Assembly (NCBI RefSeq): GCF_006345805.1
Contig: NW_021836735.1
Location: forward strand, 1-23,950
DNA from: Octopus sinensis
Taxonomy: Eukaryota
Direction of reading: 5' to 3'
Length of the DNA: 23,950 nt
Shown piece by piece: positions 22,646 through 23,950 of the stretch. The notes beneath the pieces were generated by a model. That model was not told the origin of the DNA, ran no database searches, and was given only the letters and a program-made list of their open reading frames with translations. How positions within the stretch are numbered: position 1 is the first letter of the stretch; each line of letters starts with the position of its first letter. Position numbers and translations under genes: made by a program.

Positions 22646-23148
22646 TATTTCTCGCACTCCCTTCCTCACATTCACTTCAATCCTGCCGCTTTTTCTCGGT
22701 CACCATTTCTTTTAATATCGGAATTTCATGTCCCTTATCTACAGCACGAGCAAAATATTTAATCGCTTCCCCCTCAGTCCCTCCACTCTCTCTCTCTCTC
22801 TCTCTCTACACGTGCGCGCATGCTCAATCTTACACACACACTCATATATACGCACACAAGCATACAGACACACAAACATCTTATAAAGAAGCTGTGGCCA
22901 AGACGTATTTTTGTTTTTAAGCCTAATGAATAAATACTGTGTGGAGATGAATAAATATCGGATATGAACGCCATATCCGTATGTTTATTAAACACATCAA
23001 TATGTCAATATGGTCTCCATATACACATTCTTATATATGTCATCCATAAACAGACACACAATGTAGGCAAATATATACACTGCATATGCATATATATGGA
23101 AATATATATGAAGATGCTTGTGTACATACCTATATATATGCTCCTGAA

Positions 23149-23243
23149 AGGCGACGAGATGGCAGAAACGTTAGCACGCCGGGCGAAATGCTTAGCGGTA
23201 TTTCGTCTGCCGTTACGTTCTGAGTTCAAATTCCGCCGAGGTC
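23149..23243 (+). mobile_element. Young tRNA-derived SINE head (OR-like), truncated
   Basis: AGGCGACGAGATGGCAGAAACGTTAGCACGCCGGGCG…GAGTTCAAATTCC (B box 23222-23234)…GAGGTC. Homology to the other copies stops at 23243. Confidence 0.85.
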
Positions 23244-23383
23244 TACCTGGAATCTATTTTTGTAATTCTTTTCAAGACTTATACACGCCCTGAAAACATC
23301 GGTATCAACATATCAAATTTGAGCGCAATCGGATGGAGGATGCCCGAGATCCTAGAAGACACACACAGGAACAGACAGAACGG

Positions 23384-23390
<7 letters not shown>
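23244..23390 (-). mobile_element. Fragment of a second Lep1-like Helitron (end with GACA tract)
   Basis: CAAATTTGAGCGCAATCGG…ACAGACAGAACGGATTT(TA)n parallels CAAGTTTCATCAGAATCGG…ACAGACAGACAAACTGCCGTT(TA)n at 13951-14035. Confidence 0.6.
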
Positions 23391-23434
<44 letters not shown>

Positions 23435-23451
23435 TATGTGTGTGTGTCCGC

Positions 23452-23745
23452 CAACCATATTTGCTGGACATTGCCCCATCCAATTATCAATTATTCTACA
23501 GTCTCTGACATCATTTGGATGGAAAATGTATGAATTCTGTAGATGAGGTCAGAACAGTATTGGAGGAGTATTTTTCATCATGGACAAGTGAATTTTGAAA
23601 GAAGGGGCCTTGCAAGTCTACCAGATAAATAGAAGAGCATTGTGGAAAATGAAGGAGAGTATATTTTAGATTAAAAACGTATTTTGTTTATCTTAAGTTC
23701 GAAAAACAAAAGAAGTATTAAAAAACCACATTATTTATGGGATGA
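23452..23745 (+). mobile_element. Mariner transposase C-terminal remnant with 3' TIR start
   Basis: QPYLLDIAPSNYQLFYSL*HHLDGK…VDEVRTVLEEYFSS…EF*KKG/LASLPDK*KSIVENEGEYILD* corresponds to YSPDLAPSDY…LP.RW..VE..GEY. Terminus AAACCACATTATTTATGGGATGA. Confidence 0.85.
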
Positions 23746-23950
23746 TGTGTGTGTGTGTTTGTGTGTGTATGAGTGTGTGTGTATGTATGTATATATATGT
23801 GTATACATATAGATATATATGTGTTAGTGCATGACGATACCGTTGTTAAATTTTTCAGGTAAAGTACACCACCTCCACCATCACGCTATTACAACTACTA
23901 CTACAACAACAACAAAACTACTACTACTACAACTACTACTACTACTATTA

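Overview
Non-coding, eukaryotic, extremely microsatellite-rich DNA; no host gene, rRNA, true tRNA or CRISPR array could be supported. The SINE families and repeat density resemble octopus genomes (inference from recalled repeat consensus, not a database search). Almost every long ORF in the track is a translation of simple repeats. The real content is a dense transposon graveyard. It holds a fragmented but reconstructable DD37D (maT/Bmmar1-like) transposon split by a SINE and two hAT MITEs, two mariner remnants, and several tRNA-derived SINEs. It also holds two non-autonomous Helitron pieces, RTE and L1/Tx1-like LINE fragments, a TA-flanked MITE, and a 5'-truncated Penelope-like element (PLE; RT + GIY-YIG) with only one frameshift. 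The most interesting signal is a set of PLE-type minimal hammerhead-ribozyme motifs in several unrelated sequence contexts. The standout is an element at 20626-21192 that reads, on the minus strand, tRNA-like Pol III head -> microsatellite -> hammerhead-bearing tail, with an inverted copy of that tail at its 5' side. It is a candidate Penelope-mobilised SINE/retrozyme.
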